A DNA stretch of 64,000 nucleotides from a virus. Positions 8,430 through 17,648 of this stretch are shown here, piece after piece. The translations under genes were made by a program, and so were the position numbers. Under the pieces are notes generated by a model. The model was not told the DNA's origin. It did no database searches and worked only from the letters and a program-made list of their open reading frames with translations. The DNA lies in IMG/VR virus record IMGVR_UViG_3300035183_000733, positions 26,496 through 90,495 of that record. The stretch is one strand, 5' to 3'. The stretch's first letter is position 1. Every line of letters begins with the position of its first letter.

Positions 8430-9314
8430 TTATTTAGTATCCTTGTTAAAATTCTCGAACATCTTCAGGTGCCTCATCTCGTACCTGTGTCCCTCGTGCG
8501 CGACCGGCTCCTTGAAATTTATCACACCGGCCTTCAGTAGGTCAGACCAGGATCCCGCGCTGTCTTCCGCGTCGTCGGTCTGAGGCATCACGCTCCGGTC
8601 TGGTGCGTCCTTAACCGGCTGAGAGGTCTTTTGCATGTTGCTTACGTTGCCCCAGATGTAATCGGCGGACTCGTCTTTGCCGCCATGCTCTATCTTTTTG
8701 TTGTCGTTCAGCACTTGCACCGTGGTGTCCGATATTTTTGAAATGACGTAAGTCTTGAGCTTGCGCTCGCTTATCTTTAGCAGGTTATCGCCCTCCACCC
8801 TTGCCACTGGGAGATCCTTTAATTTGGCGACTATCGCCATCTGCACGGCCTTCAATACGGTCAGCGGATCCTCGTCAATAGTCATGTTCAGCGCGATCAT
8901 AGTCGCATGGTCGTTCATGACGTAAACCCGTGACCACCTGTGGTGACCGTCTATGATATACTTGCCATTCAGTGTTATTATCGGAGCCTTGATGACTATC
9001 TCTTTGCCCTTGAGTATCTCTCCGAGCTGACCCGGGAATTTGCCCTCGAGCTGGAATTTGAGGGACTTGTCCACATCTATCTCGTTCTGCGTGGGGTGCA
9101 GTTTCCTCACCGGTATCTCTATCTTCGTGAACGATACCCTCTCGTCGCCGAGCTTCCCGTCGCGCCTCCCGGCCCTTATGGCGGCAACGATCTTATCGTC
9201 GTCGGCCATCTCGCCGAGCTCCTTTACGAACTCCTCGTAGCTGAGGTTTAGGAGGTTCTTAAGTTTGTGGAGCGCCTCCGGCTTGGCGGTGGCACCTGGT
9301 CCTTTTTCTGCCAT
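8430..9314 (-). CDS. ParB-like nuclease domain protein
   Basis: IIDGHHRW motif; start reset to internal Met 36 (MAEKGPG, ATG at 9314) next to an AT-rich divergent promoter region. Confidence 0.65.
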   Translation of the reverse strand: MAEKGPGATAKPEALHKLKNLLNLSYEEFVKELGEMADDDKIVAAIRAGRRDGKLGDERVSFTKIEIPVRKLHPTQNEIDVDKSLKFQLEGKFPGQLGEILKGKEIVIKAPIITLNGKYIIDGHHRWSRVYVMNDHATMIALNMTIDEDPLTVLKAVQMAIVAKLKDLPVARVEGDNLLKISERKLKTYVISKISDTTVQVLNDNKKIEHGGKDESADYIWGNVSNMQKTSQPVKDAPDRSVMPQTDDAEDSAGSWSDLLKAGVINFKEPVAHEGHRYEMRHLKMFENFNKDTK

Positions 9315-9376
9315 GTTTAACTGGTTCAATTTTATTATATATCCAGCGATATATACATAAATTAACTCAAGCAGAG

Positions 9377-9607
9377 ATGAAGAAACTTGGACAATTACTC
9401 GAGAATTTCGACCAGACAAGGGTGCTCGAACTCATAGCCCAGATAGAGGCTGCACAGCAGGCAATGCAAGGAGCAGTGGCTTCCGTGAAGCTCGTGGAGG
9501 AAGAGCTCAGGGCAAACGGTCTCGGGTCGGTGGCAGAGAAGCTATCCGCGCTCGACTGGAACACCATCGACAGCATCAAGGAAGAGCTGCGCAATCAAGT
9601 CGCTTAA
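9377..9607 (+). CDS. hypothetical small coiled-coil protein
   Basis: ORF diverging from the ParB-like gene. Confidence 0.4.
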   Translation: MKKLGQLLENFDQTRVLELIAQIEAAQQAMQGAVASVKLVEEELRANGLGSVAEKLSALDWNTIDSIKEELRNQVA

Positions 9608-9610
9608 ACC

Positions 9611-9934
9611 ATGAAGAACCTCAAGAAATACGAGGGCTTTGCCGGAGAGGATGACAACCTCAGCCACGGCAAGAACTACATGCTCATATCCAACCTCAAG
9701 AAGATTAAGAGGATGGCATCGTACCTGCTCGACCGTGTTGATGATGAAGCTGACGTGGACGAGTGGGCGAAGGACCACATAGCCACATCGGCGGACGACA
9801 TCGAGGAGGTGTACAATTTCATAAAGGGTAAGGAGGACGAGCCTGATGAACTGGTATCCGATTCGGAGAAACTGGATGACATTCCGGCCAGCATACCCGT
9901 GTCGAGCAGGCGAGGGAGACCGCGTATAAACTAA
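9611..9934 (+). CDS. hypothetical acidic protein with C-terminal RGRP (AT-hook-like) motif
   Basis: ORF begins 4 nt after the previous stop. Confidence 0.45.
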   Translation: MKNLKKYEGFAGEDDNLSHGKNYMLISNLKKIKRMASYLLDRVDDEADVDEWAKDHIATSADDIEEVYNFIKGKEDEPDELVSDSEKLDDIPASIPVSSRRGRPRIN

Positions 9935-10071
9935 TGGAAGTTGCAAACCATCCGTACAAGGGAACAAATGAAGCACCTAAAGGCACTCCGCGCACGTAGA
10001 CGAGATGGCGATGATTACCAAGAAAGGTAAGAACGTCTACGTCGATAGCAGGCTGATAAAGGGACTCCAAC

Positions 10072-10356
10072 GTGAAGGAGCTCGAGGACAACGTCGCTCT
10101 GTATCACGAGAAGACCGGTAATTGGATGGTGTCCAAGGGCAAGTTCTGGCTTTGGTTTGTCGACACAACAGAGTGGATAGAGAAGCTCAAGGCCGGGGAG
10201 TACGACATGCTCATGTTCCCGTGGCGCAGACGGTTCGACTTTACGGCGGCGCCGATAACTGACGTTTGGAAGAAGAGTATGCAGAAGAATACGAGAGGTG
10301 CTGAGCATGTGATAGGACTCGTGGAAGGATTCGCTGACGAGGATAAGACGAAGTGA
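10072..10356 (+). CDS. hypothetical protein
   Basis: ORF followed by a terminator. Confidence 0.45.
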   Translation: MKELEDNVALYHEKTGNWMVSKGKFWLWFVDTTEWIEKLKAGEYDMLMFPWRRRFDFTAAPITDVWKKSMQKNTRGAEHVIGLVEGFADEDKTK

Positions 10357-10368
10357 CCGATGGAAATA

Positions 10369-10398
10369 AGGAAGCCTGACAAAACGTCAGGCTTTTTC
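10369..10398 (+). terminator. rho-independent terminator
   Basis: AAGCCTGAC-aaaac-GTCAGGCTTTTTC. Confidence 0.6.
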
Positions 10399-10455
10399 AT
10401 TTGGCGCAGTTTGTGTATCTTGGTATAAAACTTTTAAAATAAAACTTTTACACAG

Positions 10456-10857
10456 ATGTTCGACGACAAATTTTTCGATGAGGTGTTTGCCAGTTTCGGC
10501 AAAACCATGAAGTCTATAGAAGACGAGGCCAGCAAGTTCCGGAAGAGAATGGAAGAGCGCATGAAGGAGGTCATGGACCTCCCGCAGATGTTCGGCAAGC
10601 CGTACAACTACAAGGTTGAGACCGGCGAGGACGCCAACAGCACCTGGAAGCAGGAGACCTGGACGGACAAGTCGGGCATGTTCAAGTACAGCCGCAAGAC
10701 GGTGACGGCCAAGACCGGCTCGAAGATGACCAAGGAGGACGAGGTGAAGGCGCCGACCGTCGACGAGCTTAAGGCCAAGATGGAGGAGCACGCGAAGAAC
10801 CACGAGTATGAGAAGGCGGCCGAGCTGAGGGACATCATAAAGGAGATGTCAAAATAA
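10456..10857 (+). CDS. UVR-domain-containing protein
   Basis: C-terminal EYEKAAELRDIIKEM matches the UvrB/UvrC UVR motif. Confidence 0.5.
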   Translation: MFDDKFFDEVFASFGKTMKSIEDEASKFRKRMEERMKEVMDLPQMFGKPYNYKVETGEDANSTWKQETWTDKSGMFKYSRKTVTAKTGSKMTKEDEVKAPTVDELKAKMEEHAKNHEYEKAAELRDIIKEMSK

Positions 10858-10860
10858 ATT

Positions 10861-10884
10861 AAGGGGCTTAACGCCCCTTTATTA
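10861..10884 (+). terminator. rho-independent terminator
   Basis: AAGGGGC-ttaa-CGCCCCTTTATT. Confidence 0.6.
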
Positions 10885-11228
10885 TTCTATAAGTATCTTG
10901 TATCATCCCGGATTCGTCCAACCCGAATGCGAGCATCATGGGGTTCTCCAGGTCCTGTGATTTTATCACCACGAGGTAATCCCCTGTGCGTTTGTATATT
11001 TCGGCCCCCCGCTTATCAGTATGACGTGATGGTGCAGCTTAGGCTTCAGGACAGTGAAGTCGCCGGTGCCGATGGCTTGGATTAGGCGCACGGAGTTGGA
11101 ATTTGGTGGTGTCCTCGGTCCCCGATTTGGCGACCATGGGGGGCAGCGCGAGTGCCAGTATAATGAACAATTTCTTCATCCCTTTTAATATATATATCGA
11201 AAGCATTTTAAAATAACCCAACCATGAG

Positions 11229-11375
11229 ATGGCAAAGAAGTCGTTAAGCGCGCCGGTGAGGACACACCTGGCAAAGCCTAAAAAGAAAAGGGCAGGAGTC
11301 CACGCCAAGAGCAAGAGCTCCAAGATTAAGCGCTCGAAAAACTACAAGAAGCCGTACAAGGGACAGGGTAGATAA
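11229..11375 (+). CDS. small basic protein (48 aa), ribosomal-protein-like composition
   Basis: ATG 11229; MAKKSLSAPVRTHLAKPKKKRAGVHAKSKSSKIKRSKNYKKPYKGQGR; stop 6 nt before the next gene; the listed minus ORF 11039..11323 is treated as its shadow. Confidence 0.35.
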   Translation: MAKKSLSAPVRTHLAKPKKKRAGVHAKSKSSKIKRSKNYKKPYKGQGR

Positions 11376-11381
11376 TACACC

Positions 11382-12491
11382 ATGAATAGGATTAAGAGAT
11401 ACAAGGACTTCGGTCAAGTGGATGAGAAGATGGGCGTGCCATCGGCCATAATGCCGATGGCCGACAAAGTTACTGAGGTGCTGCTCGACAAGTTACTCGC
11501 TCAGGTCAGGGGGATAGAGGACCTCGGCAATACGTTCGAGACAGAGGTCGAAATCGCAGGCAACGAGATAGGACACGCAACGTTCCCCGTGGACAAGATG
11601 AAGTTTTACGCGAGACTGGTACCACATCCAGGTGTCCTGAATTTTGACAGCACAGGTGCGTTCGATAATGAATCATTTAAGGTCAAAGATGGCAAGGCGA
11701 GCTTTGATATTTTGGTTAATATCGTAGTCAACATGCTTACGTTTTTCTTGCAACTCGACAACCCTAAGCTCTACAAGATAATGAGGGACAAGATGCACTC
11801 CACCATATCGCACGAGCTAACGCATGCGTATGAGTCGTACAAAAGGCAAACGTCGAAGAAGAAGGCGCCGAAGTTATCTGACACCAAGCAGTTCATTTAC
11901 GACATGGTTTCCAACCTTATCATGAACAAAGGACCTTTGCCGGAGGACATAAGCAACTTACTGTTCTTGATATACTGCTCCGCCTCATACGAGGTTAACG
12001 CGAGGATACCGCAGATGTGGTCGGAGATCAGAAACATAAAGGACCCACACGATAGGCTCGACGCAATAAAAGAATCATCTATATGGACCATGGCCAACAA
12101 GCTGGCGACGTTCGATGCCGATGAAACGTACGAGCGCATGCTCGGAAATGTTGTGGGAGATGATGGGGAAGCTGTATCAAGGGAAGAATCTATTAAGAGA
12201 CTCAATAATTTATTCGCGTCTCTCGAGGAACAATTCATCGTAGGAAACGAGCAGCACATAAAAGACGTGATGTCGAACATATTGTCTGACATCGGCATAT
12301 TCCCCGGCAACAGAGAAAACGAGGAGCTGATAAAAACTCTCAAAGCGCACGACAACGAATACAAGAAGGTCTCTAAACTCAGCGCCTACAGGTTCCTGAA
12401 ATTCTGGGAGAAGCGATTCAATAAGATAGGGCGCACGTTCAAGCACAAGCTCAGCAAACTAACCACCTATGAGGAATCGCCGGAAGAATAA
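11382..12491 (+). CDS. HExxH (HELTH) motif protein, putative metallopeptidase
   Basis: 369-aa ORF with HELTHAYE motif. Confidence 0.55.
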   Translation: MNRIKRYKDFGQVDEKMGVPSAIMPMADKVTEVLLDKLLAQVRGIEDLGNTFETEVEIAGNEIGHATFPVDKMKFYARLVPHPGVLNFDSTGAFDNESFKVKDGKASFDILVNIVVNMLTFFLQLDNPKLYKIMRDKMHSTISHELTHAYESYKRQTSKKKAPKLSDTKQFIYDMVSNLIMNKGPLPEDISNLLFLIYCSASYEVNARIPQMWSEIRNIKDPHDRLDAIKESSIWTMANKLATFDADETYERMLGNVVGDDGEAVSREESIKRLNNLFASLEEQFIVGNEQHIKDVMSNILSDIGIFPGNRENEELIKTLKAHDNEYKKVSKLSAYRFLKFWEKRFNKIGRTFKHKLSKLTTYEESPEE

Positions 12492-12706
12492 AGAGGAGAA
12501 CGCGCTCGACCTGCACGGGATAAGGCATAGGGACGTAGATCTCATGGGTGGAGAACCATGTGTTTCTGTCTAAACTTCCGGTCACCATAATCACCGGTCA
12601 CTCAGAGGAGATGAAGCGAATAGTTCGCGGAGTTCTCGATCGTAACAACTTCAAGTACATCGACGGACTGTCACACAATCACGGCTGCATAGTGGTATTA
12701 GAATAA
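12469..12706 (+). pseudogene. Smr-domain (MutS2 C-terminal-like) small protein interrupted by a +1 frameshift
   Basis: frame 1 reads MRNRRKNKEENALDLHGIRHRDVDLMGGEPCVSV*; the +1 frame continues VFLSKLPVTIITGHSEEMKRIVRGVLDRNNFKYIDGLSHNHGCIVVLE*; together they match Smr LDLHG and ...GhG...LL-V-IE motifs. Confidence 0.4.
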
Positions 12707-12840
12707 TGACTATATTTAAAGACAGTGACAGATCGCTTTGCGTGGTACGAAACTGAAACTTATTCCGGTCAATCGAAGTCTGACGTTAAAGACGGAGAGA
12801 TACGTTCGGATCATTCAGCTGTCAATTTTAAATTTAGAAT

Positions 12841-13185
12841 ATGAAAACAGTAATAACATTTGACTTCGACGGGACAATCGGTCACGTTGCATATATTCAA
12901 AAACTGGCGAAGTGCTTGGTTATAGACCAGGCTAACGAAGTCCACATAGTCACCAGGCGTTACAACTACATCCATCCGGAGCACGGCGATGAGATGACTC
13001 AAGTGTACCAGGTAGCTAAAGCAGTCGGCATAAAGATGGAGAACGTGCACTTCACAAACAGGGAGTACAAGCTCCTCAAGCTACAGGAACTGAATGCTGA
13101 CATACACTACGACGACGACCAAATGGAGATCGCGCTCATTCGCCAGCACTTTCCTAAGTGCAAGGGGTTCGTAATATTTATGTAA
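12841..13185 (+). CDS. HAD-like hydrolase, small
   Basis: ITFDFDGTI (DxDGT) motif I. Confidence 0.5.
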   Translation: MKTVITFDFDGTIGHVAYIQKLAKCLVIDQANEVHIVTRRYNYIHPEHGDEMTQVYQVAKAVGIKMENVHFTNREYKLLKLQELNADIHYDDDQMEIALIRQHFPKCKGFVIFM

Positions 13186-13268
13186 CTTATTGATAATCAA
13201 TATATTATCATATTATTTTCCAATTTGATAAAAACTTCGTATCTTTACATTGTTAATCAAAGTGGAAT

Positions 13269-14786
13269 ATGCAACCATCTTCGTTTCAGAGTAACATCTA
13301 CAGTGCCATCACGGACACTGACAATAACATTCTCATAAATGCCAAGGCCGGTTCGGGCAAGACGACCACTATCGTGAATGCGCTCTCGCTCATACCGTCA
13401 ACGGAGTCAGTTATTTTTCTCGCGTTCAACCGATCCATTGTCAAGGAGCTCCAGGCGAGAGTGCCAAAGCACGTTATCGTGCGTACTCTGCACGGGAACG
13501 GCGCTAACGAATTACGTTATCACTACGGCCGCGACATAGTTGTAGACGAGGCAAAAATATCCAAGATAATCAAGAAGGTCTGCACCACGTGGGACATAGC
13601 CGAGGAGGAGCTTGAGTCGTACTGTGGTCGCGTCGAGAAGCTGGTCGACATTCGCCGCTTCGCGCTGCCGCAATCCCTTCCGGAGCTGCTCGACTTGACC
13701 ATGAAGCACGGTGTTGAGATTATGGGCGAAGAGATAGAACACTCGCGACAAGTGCTGCAGCTCGCTATGAAGGACAAGAAGACTTTCGATTTCACGGACA
13801 TGATATTCGTACCGGCCACATTCGACAAGCGCGTGCGCAAGTTCAAGTACGTGTTCGTGGACGAGTCTCAGGACTTGAACAGGGCTCAGCAGACTATGCT
13901 GCGCAAGATAGTTGATTTCGAGAATGGCGGCCGCTTTATTGCGGTGGGAGATCCAGGTCAGGCCATCTATGGTTTCGCCGGCGCAGACATCGATGCGTTT
14001 GCTAACCTGAAAAAATTATTGCCCAACACGATAGAGCTGCCTCTCAGCGTATGCTACCGTTGCGGGTCTAACATCATATCGCACGCCCAAGGAGTGGTGC
14101 CAGAGATTCAGGCGAGAGAAGGTGCGCACGGCGGAGAAGTGAGGTCCGGTTCTTACAAGGAGATTGCGCCCGGGGACTATGTTCTGTGCCGCAACACTCG
14201 CCCGCTCGTTTCGCTATGCTTACAGTTTATTGCAGGCGGAAAGAAGGCAACCATCAAGGGCAGAGACATTGGGAAGAACCTCATCAACATGATTAAAAAG
14301 ACGAAGGCCAAGTCGCAGGACGTGCTTTTCACTAAGCTTGGTGTGGAGTACAAAAAATTGGTCGACAAGGCCAAAGCCACGTTCCCGTTCAAAGACCCAG
14401 AGAAGGTTTCGTTCGTAGTTAATTTCGGCGATAAAATCGAGGCACTGCGTGCGATAGGGATGGAGTGTAGGAACGGCCATACTGACGAGATGATTTCCAC
14501 TATTGAGAAGATATTCACAGACAACGTTGAGGGGATTGTGCTAAGCACCATGCACAAGTCGAAGGGCCTTGAGACGGATAACGTGTTCATAATCGAGCGC
14601 CAGTTGTTACCTGCGTCATACGCTACGCAGGAATGGGAGCGCATCCAGGAGAGCAATCTGGATTACGTTGCGCGCACGAGAGCTAAGAACAAACTTATTT
14701 ACGTAAACGACTGGGCCGTGGATTTCGACGATCTTCCGAGAGTAAGAGCGACCGTGAACGAATTATTGATGGAGGTAACAGCATGA
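13269..14786 (+). CDS. UvrD/Rep-family SF1 DNA helicase
   Basis: AKAGSGKTTT, FVDESQD, GDPGQAIYGFAGAD, CYRCGSN, TMHKSKGLETDNVFI helicase motifs. Confidence 0.8.
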   Translation: MQPSSFQSNIYSAITDTDNNILINAKAGSGKTTTIVNALSLIPSTESVIFLAFNRSIVKELQARVPKHVIVRTLHGNGANELRYHYGRDIVVDEAKISKIIKKVCTTWDIAEEELESYCGRVEKLVDIRRFALPQSLPELLDLTMKHGVEIMGEEIEHSRQVLQLAMKDKKTFDFTDMIFVPATFDKRVRKFKYVFVDESQDLNRAQQTMLRKIVDFENGGRFIAVGDPGQAIYGFAGADIDAFANLKKLLPNTIELPLSVCYRCGSNIISHAQGVVPEIQAREGAHGGEVRSGSYKEIAPGDYVLCRNTRPLVSLCLQFIAGGKKATIKGRDIGKNLINMIKKTKAKSQDVLFTKLGVEYKKLVDKAKATFPFKDPEKVSFVVNFGDKIEALRAIGMECRNGHTDEMISTIEKIFTDNVEGIVLSTMHKSKGLETDNVFIIERQLLPASYATQEWERIQESNLDYVARTRAKNKLIYVNDWAVDFDDLPRVRATVNELLMEVTA

Positions 14787-15097
14787 TGGTAAAAAATACA
14801 ATAGTAGAGATTACAAGAGCAGACGGCAAGCGCGTGGTCTATATCGCAATGCTTCGTAGACCCGAGATGTTGGCACCGATTCAACATAAGTTGAGGGTGA
14901 AGTCTGTAATTTACGGATGTGTGGTATCCACGTATTGCCCCGGTATGTGCTTCAATAAGTCTATCGAAGCCGGAGGCACTATGACTGTGGATAACAGGGC
15001 CGGATACGTGCATGACGTTAAAATAGTGCCGGTATACTCAAAAAAGGAAAAGAAAGATAAACGCTGCATGATGTGCGGTCAACCAATTAAAAAATGA
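14783..15097 (+). CDS. hypothetical Cys-rich protein
   Basis: ATGA overlap with the helicase stop; CPGMC..CMMCGQ. Confidence 0.45.
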   Translation: MMVKNTIVEITRADGKRVVYIAMLRRPEMLAPIQHKLRVKSVIYGCVVSTYCPGMCFNKSIEAGGTMTVDNRAGYVHDVKIVPVYSKKEKKDKRCMMCGQPIKK

Positions 15098-15149
15098 CCA
15101 AAGGTAAAAGACACTTAACAAATGGAATATTTCATCAAAAATAAATCAA

Positions 15150-15581
15150 ATGAACAAACAAAGTAACAGAATCATCGTACTTGAATATAGAATTGAGCGC
15201 GATCATACCGAAATTGATCTTGACCTACTTGAGAAGCAGTTTCCAGGATATAGTGACGACGACAAGAACTATCCACAGATAGTTCGCAAGAATAACAACA
15301 AAATGTCGTGGTCCGGTGAATGTGAGGTTATTGAGATTGGACATGTTGAGAAATTCATTGCCGATGCAAAAGCCAAGGGCTGCACACACATGGAAGTGAT
15401 GCACCATTCTGATCACAACGGATATTACTTTTACGGTGTGCATGTGTCGAGCGCGGATAAAAATGGAGCGAAGGAAATTAACGAGGAAATTAAAAATAAG
15501 CACGATGCCTTGTTGAGGAAGAAAAAGGCGGAGCTGGAGGCGGAACTAAAACAGGTAGAGGCGGAACTCGGTAAAAAATAA
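15150..15581 (+). CDS. hypothetical protein with coiled-coil C-terminus
   Basis: ORF ending just upstream of the tRNA pair. Confidence 0.5.
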   Translation: MNKQSNRIIVLEYRIERDHTEIDLDLLEKQFPGYSDDDKNYPQIVRKNNNKMSWSGECEVIEIGHVEKFIADAKAKGCTHMEVMHHSDHNGYYFYGVHVSSADKNGAKEINEEIKNKHDALLRKKKAELEAELKQVEAELGKK

Positions 15582-15604
15582 TAATTATATTTGTCGTATT
15601 GAAT

Positions 15605-15689
15605 GCCCAGGTGGTGGAATTGGTAGACACGCTACTTTGAGGGGGTAGTGTCGCAAGATGCACGAGTTCGAGTCTCGTCCTGGGTACCA
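15605..15689 (+). tRNA. tRNA-Leu (GAG), type II, CCA encoded
   Basis: GCCCAGG-TG-GTGGAATTGGTAGACAC..; anticodon arm ctact-ttgaggg-ggtag; T-arm acgag-ttcgagt-ctcgt; discriminator A then CCA. Confidence 0.8.
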
Positions 15690-15691
15690 TC

Positions 15692-15762
15692 GACCCTGTA
15701 GCTCAAGGGTAGAGCGCTGGTCTCTAAAACCGGGGTTGCGGGTTCGAATCCCGTCAGGGTCT
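15692..15762 (+). tRNA. suppressor tRNA, anticodon CTA (reads UAG amber)
   Basis: clean 71-nt cloverleaf: GACCCTG-TA-GCTC-AAGGGTA-GAGC-G-CTGGT-CTCTAAA-ACCGG-GGTT-GCGGG-TTCGAAT-CCCGT-CAGGGTC-T. Confidence 0.85.
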
Positions 15763-15788
15763 CATAAATAAAGTGAAGGAATAAGAAT

Positions 15789-16112
15789 ATGAATAAGAGT
15801 GATTTGACTGAGATCCAACTTAAGTGCCTCGGGTTTAGTAAGGGCATGAGTCGTTGGACCGGCAAGGAGGAGTGGCAGTGGGGGACGCAGACCATAATAG
15901 TGTCCGGCCAAACCGTATACGAACCGATACTCACGTACAACGATGAGACAGGGGTTTTGCGCGGCGACATAACGCACGAGTTTGGCACGATGAGCATGAA
16001 CAAGAAGGTGACTAACGCCAGACACCTGGAGCTCGCGATGGAGCTCGCCTCGGTGGTGATGTCAGGGATAGGACTGGAAAAATATCGCCCAGTATTGCCA
16101 GGATCAAAATAA
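15789..16112 (+). CDS. hypothetical protein
   Basis: ORF downstream of the tRNA pair. Confidence 0.45.
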   Translation: MNKSDLTEIQLKCLGFSKGMSRWTGKEEWQWGTQTIIVSGQTVYEPILTYNDETGVLRGDITHEFGTMSMNKKVTNARHLELAMELASVVMSGIGLEKYRPVLPGSK

Positions 16113-16147
16113 TCCCTATATTTATAGAACAATTCCGAAACAAAAAA

Positions 16148-16170
16148 GGATATATAGAATATAAGTTATA
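16148..16170 (+). promoter_or_regulatory. candidate promoter, GGATATATAGAATATAAGTTATA
   Basis: same motif as at 4361 and 20038; sits immediately before a leader ORF. Confidence 0.45.
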
Positions 16171-16248
16171 ATGAAGAAGATGATCAACATAGTGCTCGTG
16201 TTCCCAGTGTTCGTGTCGTTTAGCGGCTCCGGGCGTGTTCTTCGATGA
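16171..16248 (+). CDS. short leader ORF (25 aa, MKKMINIVLVF..)
   Basis: paralogous to the leader ORF at 25742 (MKQMINIV..); followed by a terminator then tRNAs. Confidence 0.3.
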   Translation: MKKMINIVLVFPVFVSFSGSGRVLR

Positions 16249-16282
16249 CTTCTAAGTAAAACATTCGAAAACATTATGAAAC

Positions 16283-16312
16283 GCCCGGACCGAAAGTTCG
16301 GGCGTTTTTTAT
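16283..16312 (+). terminator. rho-independent terminator / processing hairpin before the tRNA cluster
   Basis: AAACGCCCGGAC-cgaaa-GTTCGGGCGTTTTTTATTTTTT. Confidence 0.65.
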
Positions 16313-16317
16313 TTTTT

Positions 16318-16392
16318 GGGGCTTTAGCACAGATGGTCAGTTTGCGCTCGCCTGAAGAGCGAGATATTCGGGTTCGAGTCCCGAAGGTCCCA
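16318..16392 (+). tRNA. tRNA-Phe (GAA)
   Basis: anticodon arm ctcgc-ctgaaga-gcgag; T-arm tcggg-ttcgagt-cccga; acceptor ggggctt/aggtccc. Confidence 0.8.
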
Positions 16393-16505
16393 CGAGTGGT
16401 TTAAGCTGTTTTGTTTGCCTCGCAAATCAAAAATCGGCTATCCCGACCAAGTAGTTTATCGAGCCATGAAATGGTCTACTTAAAAAAAACATTGGAATGG
16501 CGCCA

Positions 16506-16579
16506 CGGGGTGTGGGAAAGTTGGTAATCCGCCTGGTTTGGGACCAGGAGTAGCGCAGGTTCGAGCCCTGTCACCCCGA
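16506..16579 (+). tRNA. tRNA-Pro (TGG)
   Basis: anticodon arm cctgg-tttggga-ccagg; T-arm gcagg-ttcgagc-cctgt; acceptor cggggtg/caccccg. Confidence 0.8.
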
Positions 16580-16592
16580 CAATAAGATTTAT

Positions 16593-16679
16593 GGTCCGAT
16601 AGCTCAGTTGGTTCAGAGCGCCTGTCTTACAAGCAGGAGGCGAAAGGTTCCGCAGGTTCGAATCCTGCTCGGACTACCA
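16593..16679 (+). tRNA. tRNA-Val (TAC) with enlarged 14-nt variable region, CCA encoded
   Basis: acceptor ggtccga/tcggact; anticodon arm cctgt-cttacaa-gcagg; T-arm gcagg-ttcgaat-cctgc; ACCA at 3' end. Confidence 0.6.
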
Positions 16680-16886
16680 AATTGTCCTTTGGATTCTTAC
16701 GAAGAACGTCGGCGCATTTTCTAAGGATGCTGTCCATCGCGGCGACTTATGCGGCTTGCAGGAGAACTTTACCGACACGGAGCACTTGGTAAAAAAACGT
16801 CCGTTTTGATAATCAAAATTTTCGAAGTGAACATTTTTTCTTAATCTTTGAACTAAATTGATCGTAGATGAAAATCCAGATCGGGA

Positions 16887-16963
16887 GTCCTCGTAGCTCA
16901 GTTGGTTAGAGTACCACCTTGACATGGTGGGGGTCACTGGTTCGAATCCAGTCGGGGGCACCA
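16887..16963 (+). tRNA. tRNA-Val (GAC), CCA encoded
   Basis: anticodon arm ccacc-ttgacat-ggtgg; T-arm actgg-ttcgaat-ccagt; ends GGGGGCACCA. Confidence 0.8.
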
Positions 16964-17096
16964 ACAAGTTTAACTAAATTTTTATAGCGTTATGAAGAAG
17001 TTCCTGTTATGGGTATTGGCGAAGCTATCTTCGCTGCTCGCCGGGAAGGACGTAGACCACTACGATCCCGGCAAAGACATAGGTATTTGATAATCG

Positions 17097-17648
17097 TCAG
17101 GAATTCACCTGAGCCGGCGACGCCGGCATCAGTACGGCTTTCGCTTGGTTTAAATATTTCCTTCGGTCCTCGAGGCCGTTCGTTCCACCGTTAATCCTCT
17201 TAGTCACTTTGATGAAATCGTCGGCATCTGCGGCGATGTTCAGCTTGCGCTTGTTCCAGAACCAGCCTGCTGATATTATCCCCCACTTCCTGCTCGCGAG
17301 CAGAGGAGGGTTGGCAACGAAGTCGACGCCGAGGTCCTTGGATATGGATGCGTAGTTTGCGCGCCCTGTTATCTGGATAGCACCTCGACCTTTGAACTTC
17401 ACACCGTCCCCTGGTTGGGTATTGCCGAGATCCGCACGTCCCTCGTACGCCTTACCGGATGCTATTTCCTCAAAATACTTGAACCTACCGGACTCGTGCA
17501 GAATCTGCGCAAGGAAGTGACATACCCTTATCGGGGTGTTTATCTCGTATTTAGCCATGCACTCGTTCAACCCCGATAGTATCTCGGATAGGAGTGTTGG
17601 GTTGTTCAGCTTAGTTATGTCGGTCAGTTGTTGGAGATTCAGTTCCAT
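17097..17648 (-). CDS. endolysin, glycoside hydrolase family 19 (chitinase-like lysozyme)
   Basis: FLAQILHESGRFKYFEE ... KFKGRGAIQITGRANY motifs; start reset to internal Met 49 (MELNLQQ) because the listed N-terminus has no protein-like sequence. Confidence 0.75.
   Translation of the reverse strand: MELNLQQLTDITKLNNPTLLSEILSGLNECMAKYEINTPIRVCHFLAQILHESGRFKYFEEIASGKAYEGRADLGNTQPGDGVKFKGRGAIQITGRANYASISKDLGVDFVANPPLLASRKWGIISAGWFWNKRKLNIAADADDFIKVTKRINGGTNGLEDRRKYLNQAKAVLMPASPAQVNS

Noticed and set aside
11039-11323. Minus-strand 94-aa ORF
   Set aside because: Hydrophobic low-complexity; the same DNA encodes a plus-strand small basic ORF that is perfectly phased with the next gene.
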